DNA of 64,000 nt from Clostridia bacterium (lineage in GTDB: Bacteria > Bacillota > Clostridia > UMGS1883), in the NCBI GenBank assembly GCA_051866635.1, contig JBJDXJ010000052.1, forward strand, positions 1-64,000, in the 5' to 3' direction. The notes beneath the pieces were generated by a model. That model was given only the letters and a program-made list of their open reading frames with translations, was not told where the DNA came from and searched no databases. Shown here in pieces: positions 18,424 to 28,528 of the stretch. Every line of letters starts with the position of its first letter. The first letter of the stretch is position 1. The position numbers and the translations under genes were made by a program.

Positions 18424-19506
18424 ATGAAGTATCAGAGAGTGTATGCCCAGATTGATTTAGGTATAATCAGGCAGAACCTTATTACAATAAAAGAAAAAAT
18501 AGGCAAAAAGCTTTTGGTTGTTATTAAAGCAAATGCTTATGGTCACGGTGCAGGCAGGGTTGCTGAAGCTGTAAAAGATATTGCAGATTATTTTGCGGTG
18601 GCAACTATTGAGGAAGCAATAAGCCTGCGTGAGAGAGGCTTAACAAATCCTATACTTATTTTGGGCTACGTTTCCCCCGAATATTTCCCTGAATTGGTCA
18701 AATATGATATTGAACAAACCTTGTTCGATTACGAAAGTGCAGTTTTGCTATCTAAGGTGGGCGGCAAAGCTCATATTGCCGTTGATACGGGTATGGGAAG
18801 AATAGGTTTCGCTCCCAATGAAGAAAGTGTTGAAACAATTAAGAAGATTGCATCTCTTGAGGGTATCAATCTGGTGGGCATTTTTACACATTTTGCAACA
18901 GCGGACGAAACGGATAAATTCTTTTCAAATACCCAGTTTGAGAAATTCACAAACTTTGTCAAAATGCTTGAGGAAAATGGTGTTGTAATACCTATAAAGC
19001 ACGTTTCAAACAGTGCGGCTATTGTTGATATGCCATCTTTTAGTCTTGATATGGTTCGTTCAGGTATTATCACATACGGGCTTAAGCCTTCAAAGGATGT
19101 AGGCGATATTGACATAAAGCCTGCGTTAAAGCTTAAAACCCATGTTGTATATGTTAAAACCGTACCTAAAGGCACACCTGTAAGCTACGGCAGAACATAC
19201 GTAACTGAAAGGGAAACGGTCATTGCCACCATCCCTGTGGGATATGCTGACGGGTATCCGAGAGCACTGTCAAATCGAGGAAGGGTTGTCATAAAGGGTC
19301 AGTATGCACCTATAATCGGTAGGGTTTGTATGGACCAGTTTATGGTTGATGTTACACATATCCCAAATGTTCGGGTTGGCGATGAAGTAAGTCTGATTGA
19401 CGAAATGATTACGGCGGAGGAAATCGCAGAATTAGAAGGTACAATCAATTATGAAACCGTTTGCAAAATAAGTGACCGTGTCCCAAGAATATATATAAAC
19501 GGGTGA
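18424..19506 (+). CDS. alr: Alanine racemase
   Basis: VIKANAYGHG PLP lysine motif, GYADG, GRVCMDQ. Confidence 0.96.
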   Translation: MKYQRVYAQIDLGIIRQNLITIKEKIGKKLLVVIKANAYGHGAGRVAEAVKDIADYFAVATIEEAISLRERGLTNPILILGYVSPEYFPELVKYDIEQTLFDYESAVLLSKVGGKAHIAVDTGMGRIGFAPNEESVETIKKIASLEGINLVGIFTHFATADETDKFFSNTQFEKFTNFVKMLEENGVVIPIKHVSNSAAIVDMPSFSLDMVRSGIITYGLKPSKDVGDIDIKPALKLKTHVVYVKTVPKGTPVSYGRTYVTERETVIATIPVGYADGYPRALSNRGRVVIKGQYAPIIGRVCMDQFMVDVTHIPNVRVGDEVSLIDEMITAEEIAELEGTINYETVCKISDRVPRIYING

Positions 19507-19508
19507 AT

Positions 19509-19551
19509 AAAATTACCGTATCTGTAAAAAAATAGATACGGTAATTTTTTT
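19509..19551 (+). terminator. Rho-independent terminator
   Basis: AAAATTACCGTATCT...AGATACGGTAATTTTTTT. Confidence 0.8.
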
Positions 19552-19565
19552 ATGGAGGTATACTT

Positions 19566-20099
19566 ATGGAAAATCTTAAAGGCAGTAAAACAGAAAAGAA
19601 CCTTTTTGCCGCATTTGCCGGTGAAACACAGGCAAGGGTGAAATATTCAATTTTTGCAAAAAAGGCAAAAGAAGAAGGATATGATGAAATTTCTGAAATT
19701 TTCAACTTGATTTCAAACAATGAATATGCACACGGAGAAATGTGGTTTAAATTTATTTGTAATGGTATCGGAGATACACTAAGTAACCTGAAAAGTGCCA
19801 TGAGTGGCGAAAAATACGAATGGGAAGAAATGTATCCTGAATTTGCAAAGACAGCAAAAGAGGAGGGCTTTGATGAAATAGCAACCCTTTTTGAAAAAGT
19901 GGCAGATATAGAAAGCCTTCATCATAAGCGATTTGCCAGCCTTGCAGACAATCTGGAAAATGGAACAACTTTTTCCAAATCAGCAGACGTAATATGGGAA
20001 TGTGAAAATTGCGGTCATATTCAGCAGGGCAAAAACGCACCTTCATTTTGTCCCGTGTGCGGATATCCACAAAGCAGCTTCAAAGAAAAGGTACAATAA
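19566..20099 (+). CDS. rbr: Rubrerythrin
   Basis: TEKNLFAAFAGETQA, EYAH, ESLH and C-terminal WECENCG...CPVC rubredoxin domain. Confidence 0.92.
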   Translation: MENLKGSKTEKNLFAAFAGETQARVKYSIFAKKAKEEGYDEISEIFNLISNNEYAHGEMWFKFICNGIGDTLSNLKSAMSGEKYEWEEMYPEFAKTAKEEGFDEIATLFEKVADIESLHHKRFASLADNLENGTTFSKSADVIWECENCGHIQQGKNAPSFCPVCGYPQSSFKEKVQ

Positions 20100-20356
20100 G
20101 CGGCTTTTCTAAGCGTGTTGAAATGTCGACACGCGACCTCAAAGGCGGACTACGTCCTTCGGCACTTTGAGGTCTGTATTTTTTCTAATGAACAAAGTGA
20201 CAATTTCTCGTGCAAGGGGCTAATAGCCCCCTAGAATTGCCACTTTCGGCAGGGTAATCGTATTGCCCTGCCTATTTTATTTTGGGGAGTCTTACTCACC
20301 AAACCCCTTGCGATTGAATAAAAATAGGTTTATCGACAGTCTGAGAAAAGTCGCTT
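20098..20356. mobile_element. Putative MITE-like palindromic element
   Basis: About 24-bp imperfect terminal inverted repeats and at least five internal hairpins; no ORF. Confidence 0.55.
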
Positions 20357-20412
20357 ACGTATTGAAAGTTTTTTGAAAAAAGTATATAATAAAGCAAAAC
20401 AAAAGAAATGAT

Positions 20413-20697
20413 GTGACTAAAATGACAATTTCAGACTTGGATGTAAAAAAGATAGCAAATCTTGCAAAGCTTGAATTTAGTGAAGATGAGATTGAAAATA
20501 TGAAAAAAGTATTTTCGGGAATGAAAGACCTTTTAAGCATTATGGATGAAATAAATGTTAAAGATAGCTTACCTGACAGGGATTTTTGTGATTTAAGGGC
20601 TGATAAAGAAGAAAAATCCCTTCCTAAGAGCGATGTGCTTAAAAATGCACCTGAAAGTTCAGAAGGTTATTTTACTGTTCCGAGGATTGTGGGGTAG
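20413..20697 (+). CDS. gatC: Asp/Glu-tRNA amidotransferase subunit C
   Basis: VKKIANLAKLEF...LRAD...NAPESSEGYFTVPRIV; upstream of gatA. Confidence 0.9.
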   Translation: MTKMTISDLDVKKIANLAKLEFSEDEIENMKKVFSGMKDLLSIMDEINVKDSLPDRDFCDLRADKEEKSLPKSDVLKNAPESSEGYFTVPRIVG

Positions 20698-20702
20698 GAG
20701 AG

Positions 20703-22130
20703 ATGGATTTTCAAATGACAATTGAAAATGTGCAAAAAATGCTTGACAAAAAGATTTTCTCCTGTGAGGAATTGGTTAAGCTTGTACTTAACAATATTTC
20801 ATACTTAGCTTGTGCCACAGGTGCTTATATTACAGTTTGCCGTGAAAGTGCCATAAACGAGGCAAAACGGATTGATAAAGAGGGGCGAAATTATCCTCTT
20901 TCCGGGATACCTATTGCCGTGAAAGACAATATTTGCACAAAGGATGTAATGACAACTGCCGGAAGTCAAATATTGAAAGGCTTTGTTCCCCCGTATGATG
21001 CTACCGTGGTGGAAAAATTAAAAATGCAAGGTGCAATCATTATCGGAAAAACCAATATGGATGAATTCGGTATGGGTTCAACAGGTGAAAACAGTGCATA
21101 TAAATCCACAGCAAACCCTGTTGATTATACATATGTTTCAGGCGGTTCCTCAAGCGGTAGTGCTGTGGCAGTAAAAAGCGGTCAGGCAATAGCAGCTTTG
21201 GGCAGTGACACAGGCGGCAGTATTCGACAACCTGCCTCCTTTTGCAATCTTTATGGGCTAAAGCCCACATATTCCCGTGTTTCAAGATACGGGCTTATTG
21301 CTTTTAGTTCAAGTCTTGACACCATCGGTCCAATCTGTCAAAGTGTAAAAGACTGTGCTGTTATGTTAAATGCCATTGCTGGGGCTGATAAAAGGGACAT
21401 GACCTCATCGAAAAAAGAGGTTCCAGATTATACAAAAGCTCTTTCAATCGGGGTAAAAGGAATTAAAATAGGAGTTATAAAAGAGTTTTTTGAAAACATT
21501 GATGAAGATGTAAAAGAAGCCGTAAAAAAGGCAATTGATGACTATAAATACCTTGGTGCGGAACTGGAAGAATGTTCTGCTGGTTCGTTAAAATATGCTT
21601 TGGGTGCATATTACATTTTATCTTCCGCCGAGGCGTCAAGCAATCTTCAGCGGTATGACGGCGTGAGATTTGGAACACGGTCAAAAGAATACAATTCATT
21701 GGAAGAAATGTACGTAAAGAGCCGCAGTGAGGGCTTTGGTGATGAAGTGAAGCGTAGAATTATGATAGGAACATTTGTGCTTACGGGGGATTATTATAAC
21801 CTTTATTATAGAAAAGCCTTAGAGGCTGTGAAAATAATCAAGGCTGAATTTAATAAGCTTTTTGAAAAATTTGATGTTATAATAGCACCTTCAAGCCCTG
21901 TAAGAGTGCCAAAAAGGGGCGAAATTCGTGAGGCGTATGAGGAATATAATTTAGACAAGTCTACAGTGGCGGTAAACTTAGCATCACTTCCGGCAATAAG
22001 TGTGCCCTGTGGCACAGATAAAAACAATATGCCTGTGGGTTTTCAGATTATTGGAAAGCCCTTTGATGAAGAAGGTATATTGAAAGTGGCATATAATTAC
22101 GAAAAGCGTGGTGATTATATTGGAGCTTGA
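20703..22130 (+). CDS. gatA: Asp/Glu-tRNA amidotransferase subunit A
   Basis: Amidase signature GKTNMDEFGMGS, GGSSSGSA, GSDTGGSIRQPAS. Confidence 0.95.
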   Translation: MDFQMTIENVQKMLDKKIFSCEELVKLVLNNISYLACATGAYITVCRESAINEAKRIDKEGRNYPLSGIPIAVKDNICTKDVMTTAGSQILKGFVPPYDATVVEKLKMQGAIIIGKTNMDEFGMGSTGENSAYKSTANPVDYTYVSGGSSSGSAVAVKSGQAIAALGSDTGGSIRQPASFCNLYGLKPTYSRVSRYGLIAFSSSLDTIGPICQSVKDCAVMLNAIAGADKRDMTSSKKEVPDYTKALSIGVKGIKIGVIKEFFENIDEDVKEAVKKAIDDYKYLGAELEECSAGSLKYALGAYYILSSAEASSNLQRYDGVRFGTRSKEYNSLEEMYVKSRSEGFGDEVKRRIMIGTFVLTGDYYNLYYRKALEAVKIIKAEFNKLFEKFDVIIAPSSPVRVPKRGEIREAYEEYNLDKSTVAVNLASLPAISVPCGTDKNNMPVGFQIIGKPFDEEGILKVAYNYEKRGDYIGA

Positions 22131-23526
22131 AACAAAAATAGGACTGGAAATACATGTAGAATTGTCAACTGAAACAAAAGCATTTTGTTCATGTAAATCA
22201 GCTTTCGGCGGGGAGGCAAACACACGGTGCTGTCCTGTCTGCATGGGACTTCCGGGAGCGTTGCCCGTTTTAAATAAGGAACTTGTGAAAAATGCCATTA
22301 AAATGGGGATTGCAACAAATTGTACCATTAATAATGTGATAAAAAACGCCAGGAAAAATTATTTTTATCCTGACTTGCCAAAGGGGTATCAGATTTCACA
22401 AAATGATTTACCTGTTTGTGTTAACGGCTTTGTTATGGTTAGCGGAAGAAAAATCCGTATTAACCGCATACATATTGAAGAAGATGCAGGGAAACTTCTT
22501 CATTTTGGTGAAATAACAAAAATAGACTATAACCGTGCAGGAGTTCCCTTAATTGAAATTGTTACCGAGCCTGACATAAAAAACAGTGATGAAGCAAAGG
22601 AATTGCTGAAAAAAATAAAAAATTTGCTTTTGTATCTTGGTATTTCGGATTGTAAGATGCAAGAAGGCAGTTTAAGATGTGATGTAAATGTTTCCGTGCG
22701 GGAAAAAGGGCAGAGGGAATATAATGAAAGATGCGAGATGAAAAACATAAACTCTTTTTCCGAGGTTATACGTTGCATTGAGTATGAAGAAGCACGTCAA
22801 AGAAGAATCATGCTTTCAGGCGGAAAGGTTTGTGCCGAAACAAGACGCTGGGACGGGGAAAATAATATCAGTGTGGTTTTACGAGATAAAGAAACTACAA
22901 AAGATTACAGGTATTTTCCTGAGCCTGATATACCATACATATATATCGGGCAGGATTTTATTGATGAAATAAGAAAAAATATGCCCGAGCTTCCTGATGA
23001 AAAAGTAAAAACGTATGTAAAGGAATTTGGTTTATCAAAAACAGATAGCGAAAATATTGTAAAGATAAAAAACTTTACAGTTCTTTTGGAGGAAGCAGTG
23101 GAACTGGGGACAAGTGCTAAGGTTGTGGCAAATTGGCTTTTAGGCGAGATTTCAAAACTATTAAATAAAAGCGGTATGGATGCTGAAAAAATTCCTTTCA
23201 GCGGCAAGGATTTGGCTGATTTGCAGAGCCTGATTGATACGGGAAGGATAACGCAAACTATGGCGAAGGACATTGTTGAGGTTATGTTTAACACCGGCAG
23301 GACAATTGAAAATATTGTAAAGGGAAACAACTTTATAGTAATTGAAGATGAAAACGAGATAAGAAAACTTGCAGAAGACGTAATTACTTCAAACAAAAAG
23401 AGCGTGACAGATTACAAAAACGGCAAAAAGAACGCTTTTGGGTATTTAATTGGGCAATGTATGAAAAAAAGCGGCAACCGTGCTGATGTGGGGATGATAA
23501 AGAAACTTTTGGAGGAACTGTTATGA
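22108..23526 (+). CDS. gatB: Asp/Glu-tRNA amidotransferase subunit B (start may be TTG at 22120)
   Basis: IGLEIHVEL, RKNYFYPDLPKGYQISQ and DYRYFPEPD motifs. Confidence 0.95.
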   Translation: MVIILELETKIGLEIHVELSTETKAFCSCKSAFGGEANTRCCPVCMGLPGALPVLNKELVKNAIKMGIATNCTINNVIKNARKNYFYPDLPKGYQISQNDLPVCVNGFVMVSGRKIRINRIHIEEDAGKLLHFGEITKIDYNRAGVPLIEIVTEPDIKNSDEAKELLKKIKNLLLYLGISDCKMQEGSLRCDVNVSVREKGQREYNERCEMKNINSFSEVIRCIEYEEARQRRIMLSGGKVCAETRRWDGENNISVVLRDKETTKDYRYFPEPDIPYIYIGQDFIDEIRKNMPELPDEKVKTYVKEFGLSKTDSENIVKIKNFTVLLEEAVELGTSAKVVANWLLGEISKLLNKSGMDAEKIPFSGKDLADLQSLIDTGRITQTMAKDIVEVMFNTGRTIENIVKGNNFIVIEDENEIRKLAEDVITSNKKSVTDYKNGKKNAFGYLIGQCMKKSGNRADVGMIKKLLEELL

Positions 23527-23981
23527 TAAGGGTAATGTTTGTGTGCCACGGCAATATTTGCAGAAGCACAATGGCTGAGTTTTTATTCAGAGATTTTGTG
23601 GAAAAACAAGGGATGGGAGATAAATTCTGTATTGCTTCTTCCGCCACAAGCCGTGAGGAAATAGGTAACGGGGTTCACTATGGCACCGCACGGGTGCTGG
23701 ACAGGCTTGGTATTGATTATTCAAAGAAACGAGCAGTTCAGCTTACAAAAGCTGATTTTGATAAATATGACTATTTTATAGGTATGGATGACGCAAATAT
23801 ACGGAATATGACAAGAATTTTAGGCACCGATGACAATGTTTACAAATTTCTTGAGTTTGCAGGGGAAAGTGGGGATATTGCAGACCCATGGTATACGGGA
23901 AACTTTGAAGAAACATACCGCGATGTTGTAAAAGGTTGCAGGTCGTTTTTTGAATACTTAAAAAAGGAAAAGAAAATATAA
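23523..23981 (+). CDS. Low-molecular-weight protein-tyrosine phosphatase
   Basis: FVCHGNICRS P-loop and DIADPWY. Confidence 0.92.
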   Translation: MIRVMFVCHGNICRSTMAEFLFRDFVEKQGMGDKFCIASSATSREEIGNGVHYGTARVLDRLGIDYSKKRAVQLTKADFDKYDYFIGMDDANIRNMTRILGTDDNVYKFLEFAGESGDIADPWYTGNFEETYRDVVKGCRSFFEYLKKEKKI

Positions 23982-24122
23982 AAAATTCCTTAAATTGTGG
24001 CGTTTAAAAAAATTACATAAAAAACACAAGAAATTTTAATAATTTTTGTTGATATTTTCTAAAAAAGATGTTATTATTATGTTATCAAATTTATGCCTTT
24101 AAGGCATGGGAGGAGAAAAGAT

Positions 24123-27100
24123 ATGAACAAATTATTCAAATCAGTAGTATCTTTGGTAACTGCTGCAACTATGAGCCTTTCTGTCGCGGCTTCAATGGCG
24201 GTTACTGCAGGTGCTGCAGAAGACAAGGGTGCAATTATGCCTACTTACGAAAGCACAATTGCAGCTGTTGAAAAAGCTAACGATTATTACCAGTCAACGG
24301 TAGCTTATAACAAGCAGGAATATGGTATTCCAAACTGTTTCTGGGCAAAGGCTGCTTACGAAACAGGTAATATGGAAGCATATTACACAACAGGTATCGA
24401 AGCATATCGTGACTATGCTACAGCTTGGGCTATGGACTGTAATTGGCAGGGTCATGGCTCTACAAATAAGTCTGCTTGGACATGGGGCTACAGCCAGACA
24501 ATGAGTGGTAATGCAGCACTCTTCGGTGACTTCCAGATTTGTTTCCAGACTTATATTGATCTTTACAACATTGAAAAGAACGAATCAAAGGGTGCAGTTG
24601 TTGACAACTCAAAGATTGCAAGAGCAATCGAAGTAATGAGCGAAGAAATCTCCAGAAGCAATGACGATTTCTGGTGGTGGGCAGACTCTCTTTACATGGT
24701 TATGCCTGTTATGACAAAGCTCTACAAGGTTACCCAGGACGAAAAATACCTTGACGGTCTTTATAGATTCTGGAAGTATGCTAAGGAACTTATGTATGAT
24801 GGTCCCGGCGGTATTCCTTCTGATGCGACAGGTTATACAACATCAGCTAAGCTTACCAACGGTGCAAAATATTCAGATCCTGACAATTATGCGTACCTCT
24901 TCTTCCGTGATGCAGGTTATGTATATCCCTTAAAGCCTAACCCCGGTCATGAAAATGAAAAGAACTTCTGGGCACGTGGTGACGGTTGGGTATTTGCAGG
25001 TTTGGCAAAGGTACTCCAGGATATGCCTGATGATTACGAACACTATAACGACTTCCTTCAGACATACCTTGAAATGGCTCCCGCTATCAAGGCTTGTATG
25101 AGAGTGGACGAAAATGGTTACGGTTTCTGGACACAGTCAATGCTCCAGGGTTATCCCACTTCCGCTTCTAACCCCAACGGTTATGAAACAAGTGGTACAG
25201 CATTCTTTACATACGGTTTCGCTTGGGGTATTAACTCCGGCGTACTCGACAGAGATGAATACCTTGAAACAGCAGTTCGTGCTTGGAACTACCTTGCAAA
25301 CATTGCTCTTCAGCCTGATGGTATGGTTGGTTATACACAGTATATCGGTTCTAACGCTGTTGAAGCTATGGGCCCCAGAAACAATCAGAACTTCGGTACA
25401 GGTGCTTACCTCCTTGCAGGTTGTGAAATGTCCCGTCTTGTTGGCGGTAGCCAGGGAGATATCTATCCCCAGCTCCAGAGAAAGATGGAAACATACATTG
25501 CATTCCGTGTAAACACACCTCACTACTATACAGGTGGTAAGATTGGTCATATTGAAGAAACAGACCACAAGGTTGAAGTTTACCTTAAGGTAGATGACAA
25601 CGGCAACAGAACAAGCATGATTCCTGCTCGTCTTATCGTTGAAACATTCGGCGGCAACGTAGCATGGAATGAAGCTGCAAGAACAGTTACAGCTACGATC
25701 GGCGACAGAACAGTTGTATTTACTGTAGGCAGCAATGTTATCACAGTTAACGGTGAAGCTATGACAGCTCCCACAGCTACTGAAATTGTAGGTGGCAGAA
25801 CATTCGTTCCTCTCCGTGCACTTGCTGAATCTCTCGGCAAGAAGGTTTACTGGAGCCAGGGCGATTCTCCCGAAAACGGTCTTATCGTTATCGGTCATAA
25901 GGCAACACCTTTCTATTCTTGCGATACAAATCTTGTAGAAATGCTTAGAAATATGCTCGGCAAGCCCGAAACATATCCTACAAGACCTGCACAGAAGGTT
26001 AAGGATTTCGCTCCTAAGATTACTCCTGTTTCCGCAACTGCAAGAGGTACAAAGATTAACCTTACATCAGTTACATATTCTCAGGAACCTGAAGCTAATA
26101 ACCCCGGCAGACACGTAATCGATAACACAACAGGTACTTACTGGGCTTCTAACGGTTCAGCAACAGCTGTTGTAGATCTTGGCTCAAACAAACCTGTAAG
26201 CAGTGTTGGTGTATTGTTCCGTGTTTATGATGACGACAGAACAATTCCATTCTCTATTTATGTTTCCAACGATAATTCAAAATGGGAACTTGTGGGTGCT
26301 TCTGTTTCCGTAGCACGTTCCAATAAGCCTATTTACATGGATGCTAACAAGAGTGCAAGATATGTAAAGTTCCAGTTCGATGGTAACTCCATTTCAGGTT
26401 GGAACAGCGTTGATGCTATAGAAGTTTACGAAGGCGATGCTTCTTCCGTATCCGAAATAAAGAACGATACAACAACTAATACTGCAAATACAACTACAAC
26501 TAACAAGGCTACAGGTACAAAGATTAATGTTTCAGCTTCTTCTGTAACATTCAGTCAGGAACCCGAAGCTAAAAACCCCGGCAAAAACGCATTCGATGGC
26601 AATGCAGCTACAGTATGGGCTTCTCAGAACGCTGCTAATGCAGTTATCGACCTTGGTAAGTCCACTCCTGTAAGCAGTGCAGGTGTTAAGTTCATGGTTT
26701 ACGGAGACGACAGAACAATTCCTTTCTCTGTTGCAGTATCTGATGACAAGGCAACATGGACGACTGTTTACACAGGTTCTTCCGTACCTTACGGTGCTGA
26801 CTTCATTTATGTAACAGTTGGCAAGAATGCAAGATACGTTAAGTTTACGTTTGAAGGTAACACAGTATCAGGTTGGTCTTCTGTTGCAGAAATGGAAGTT
26901 TACACAGGTGATGTTACAGCGGCTGATACAGAAACAACTACTACAACAGCAAATACTGTTGAAGGTAAGGTTGTAAACGCTGCTACAGGTTCAAAGGTTA
27001 CACTTACAGCTAATATGCTTAAGGCTTCTGCTACTCCTGAAGCTGAAAACCATGCAGGCAACCTTATTGATGGCAACAAGCAGACAGTATGGGCTTCTCA

Positions 27101-27386
27101 GAACCAGTCTAACGTAGTTATTGACTTAGGCAGTAAGAAAACACTTTCTTGCGTAGGCGTAGCTATGAAGATGTATGACGACACAAGAACAATTCCTTAT
27201 GATATTGAAGTTTCTGTTGACGGCACAACATACACAAAGGTATGGAGTGGCGACAGTGAACCTCAGACAGATACAACAAAGTATGTATCCTTCTCTGCAG
27301 ATGCACAATACGTAAGAATTACTGCTTACGGCAACACTGTTTCCGGTTGGAACAGCGTAGCTGAAGTTGAAGTATACTCTAAGTAA
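24123..27386 (+). CDS. Secreted GH105/GH88-type unsaturated uronyl hydrolase with a copper-amine-oxidase-N-like domain and three F5/8-type C (CBM32-like) repeats
   Basis: Signal peptide; WWWADSLYM, FWARGDGW and ETSGTAFF motifs; GRTFVPLRALAESLG; three WAS...VIDLG...ARYVK repeats with Thr-rich linkers. Confidence 0.85.
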   Translation: MNKLFKSVVSLVTAATMSLSVAASMAVTAGAAEDKGAIMPTYESTIAAVEKANDYYQSTVAYNKQEYGIPNCFWAKAAYETGNMEAYYTTGIEAYRDYATAWAMDCNWQGHGSTNKSAWTWGYSQTMSGNAALFGDFQICFQTYIDLYNIEKNESKGAVVDNSKIARAIEVMSEEISRSNDDFWWWADSLYMVMPVMTKLYKVTQDEKYLDGLYRFWKYAKELMYDGPGGIPSDATGYTTSAKLTNGAKYSDPDNYAYLFFRDAGYVYPLKPNPGHENEKNFWARGDGWVFAGLAKVLQDMPDDYEHYNDFLQTYLEMAPAIKACMRVDENGYGFWTQSMLQGYPTSASNPNGYETSGTAFFTYGFAWGINSGVLDRDEYLETAVRAWNYLANIALQPDGMVGYTQYIGSNAVEAMGPRNNQNFGTGAYLLAGCEMSRLVGGSQGDIYPQLQRKMETYIAFRVNTPHYYTGGKIGHIEETDHKVEVYLKVDDNGNRTSMIPARLIVETFGGNVAWNEAARTVTATIGDRTVVFTVGSNVITVNGEAMTAPTATEIVGGRTFVPLRALAESLGKKVYWSQGDSPENGLIVIGHKATPFYSCDTNLVEMLRNMLGKPETYPTRPAQKVKDFAPKITPVSATARGTKINLTSVTYSQEPEANNPGRHVIDNTTGTYWASNGSATAVVDLGSNKPVSSVGVLFRVYDDDRTIPFSIYVSNDNSKWELVGASVSVARSNKPIYMDANKSARYVKFQFDGNSISGWNSVDAIEVYEGDASSVSEIKNDTTTNTANTTTTNKATGTKINVSASSVTFSQEPEAKNPGKNAFDGNAATVWASQNAANAVIDLGKSTPVSSAGVKFMVYGDDRTIPFSVAVSDDKATWTTVYTGSSVPYGADFIYVTVGKNARYVKFTFEGNTVSGWSSVAEMEVYTGDVTAADTETTTTTANTVEGKVVNAATGSKVTLTANMLKASATPEAENHAGNLIDGNKQTVWASQNQSNVVIDLGSKKTLSCVGVAMKMYDDTRTIPYDIEVSVDGTTYTKVWSGDSEPQTDTTKYVSFSADAQYVRITAYGNTVSGWNSVAEVEVYSK

Positions 27387-27399
27387 GTTAAAATTTGAG

Positions 27400-27427
27400 A
27401 GAGAGCCGTTTTAAACGGCTCTCTTTT
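27400..27427 (+). terminator. Rho-independent terminator
   Basis: AGAGAGCCGTT-TT-AAACGGCTCTCT followed by TTT. Confidence 0.8.
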
Positions 27428-27562
27428 GCGTTGTCCGAAAATTTTGTTTATGCACGGTTCACGGTTAAATCATACGATTTCTTCCAAGCTTTATTATATC
27501 TCTTGAATTTTAAATAAAATGTGGTAAAATGGTAGCTGAAATTATTTTTAGGAGTTATTTTT

Positions 27563-28510
27563 ATGCAGAGATATTTGTTTGTTCATTTTAAAGAAAAAAC
27601 AACCCCCGACGGAGAGCAGGTTTACTTTGCCTTGTCAGAAGACGGGTTTAAATGGGAAGAGGTTAACGGCGGAGAGCCTTTATTATGGGCATATTACGGA
27701 GATAAAGGCGTAAGGGACTTTACAATAACAAGATGCAACGGTAAATATTTTATTATAGCAACAGACCTTAGCCTGTCCTACGGAATGAGAAATCAGTACA
27801 ACCATTCATGGAAAGAAATCAGTGAACATGGCAGTAAGTGCTTTTCTGCATGGGAAAGTGAAGATTTGGTTAACTGGAGCGAGCAAAAACTTGTGAAAAT
27901 CGGCGATGAGCATTTCGGCTGTATGTGGGCACCTGACGTTATTTTCGACAGAAAAAAGGGTGACTATATCCTTCACTGGTCCTCCAGCCACGACTGTAAC
28001 GGCTTTGGTGATAAGGGGATTTATTATTCCAGAACAAAGGATTTTGAAAACTTTACATACCCTGAGGTTTTGCACAGAAGTGAAGGTAGGGATATTATAG
28101 ATTCTGCAATGTATGAGGAGAACGGGGTTTACTACATGTTTGTAAAGGACGGACACCCCACCACCATTGTTATGCTGAAATCTGATTCTCCTACAGGACC
28201 TTGGGAAAGGGTAGAGGCATTTGACGAAAGCATGAAAAAAATTGAGGTAGGCTTGTATGAAGCACCAACCGCGGTGAAGCTTGATTGTGGCAGATGGTGT
28301 CTCTTTTTGGATTATTACGGAAAGCCCGGAAAAGAACAGGGTTACATACCCTTTGTGTCTGAGGATATTTCTTCCGGTGTTTTTGTAAGGGCAGATGAGG
28401 AGTTTAGTTTCCCTTACGGATTTAAGCACGGCACAATCATTGCAATAACTGATGAAGAATATGACAGAATTAAAAAACATGATTGGGAAAATGTCCCTGA
28501 CAGAAGATAA
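27563..28510 (+). CDS. GH43-family glycoside hydrolase
   Basis: GVRD, IIATDL, WAPD, IIDS, YEAP and KHGT beta-propeller motifs. Confidence 0.85.
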   Translation: MQRYLFVHFKEKTTPDGEQVYFALSEDGFKWEEVNGGEPLLWAYYGDKGVRDFTITRCNGKYFIIATDLSLSYGMRNQYNHSWKEISEHGSKCFSAWESEDLVNWSEQKLVKIGDEHFGCMWAPDVIFDRKKGDYILHWSSSHDCNGFGDKGIYYSRTKDFENFTYPEVLHRSEGRDIIDSAMYEENGVYYMFVKDGHPTTIVMLKSDSPTGPWERVEAFDESMKKIEVGLYEAPTAVKLDCGRWCLFLDYYGKPGKEQGYIPFVSEDISSGVFVRADEEFSFPYGFKHGTIIAITDEEYDRIKKHDWENVPDRR

Positions 28511-28528
28511 ACCATAAGGAGCAGATAA

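Noticed and set aside
20100-20410. T-box riboswitch upstream of gatCAB
   Set aside because: No T-box antiterminator consensus (GGTGG-ACC-CG) or specifier stem was found, and the region has terminal inverted repeats instead
25137-25898. Long antisense ORFs (253 aa here; also 27806-28480, 41713-42369 and 53465-54052)
   Set aside because: They are shadows of codon-biased sense genes, with no motifs or RBS
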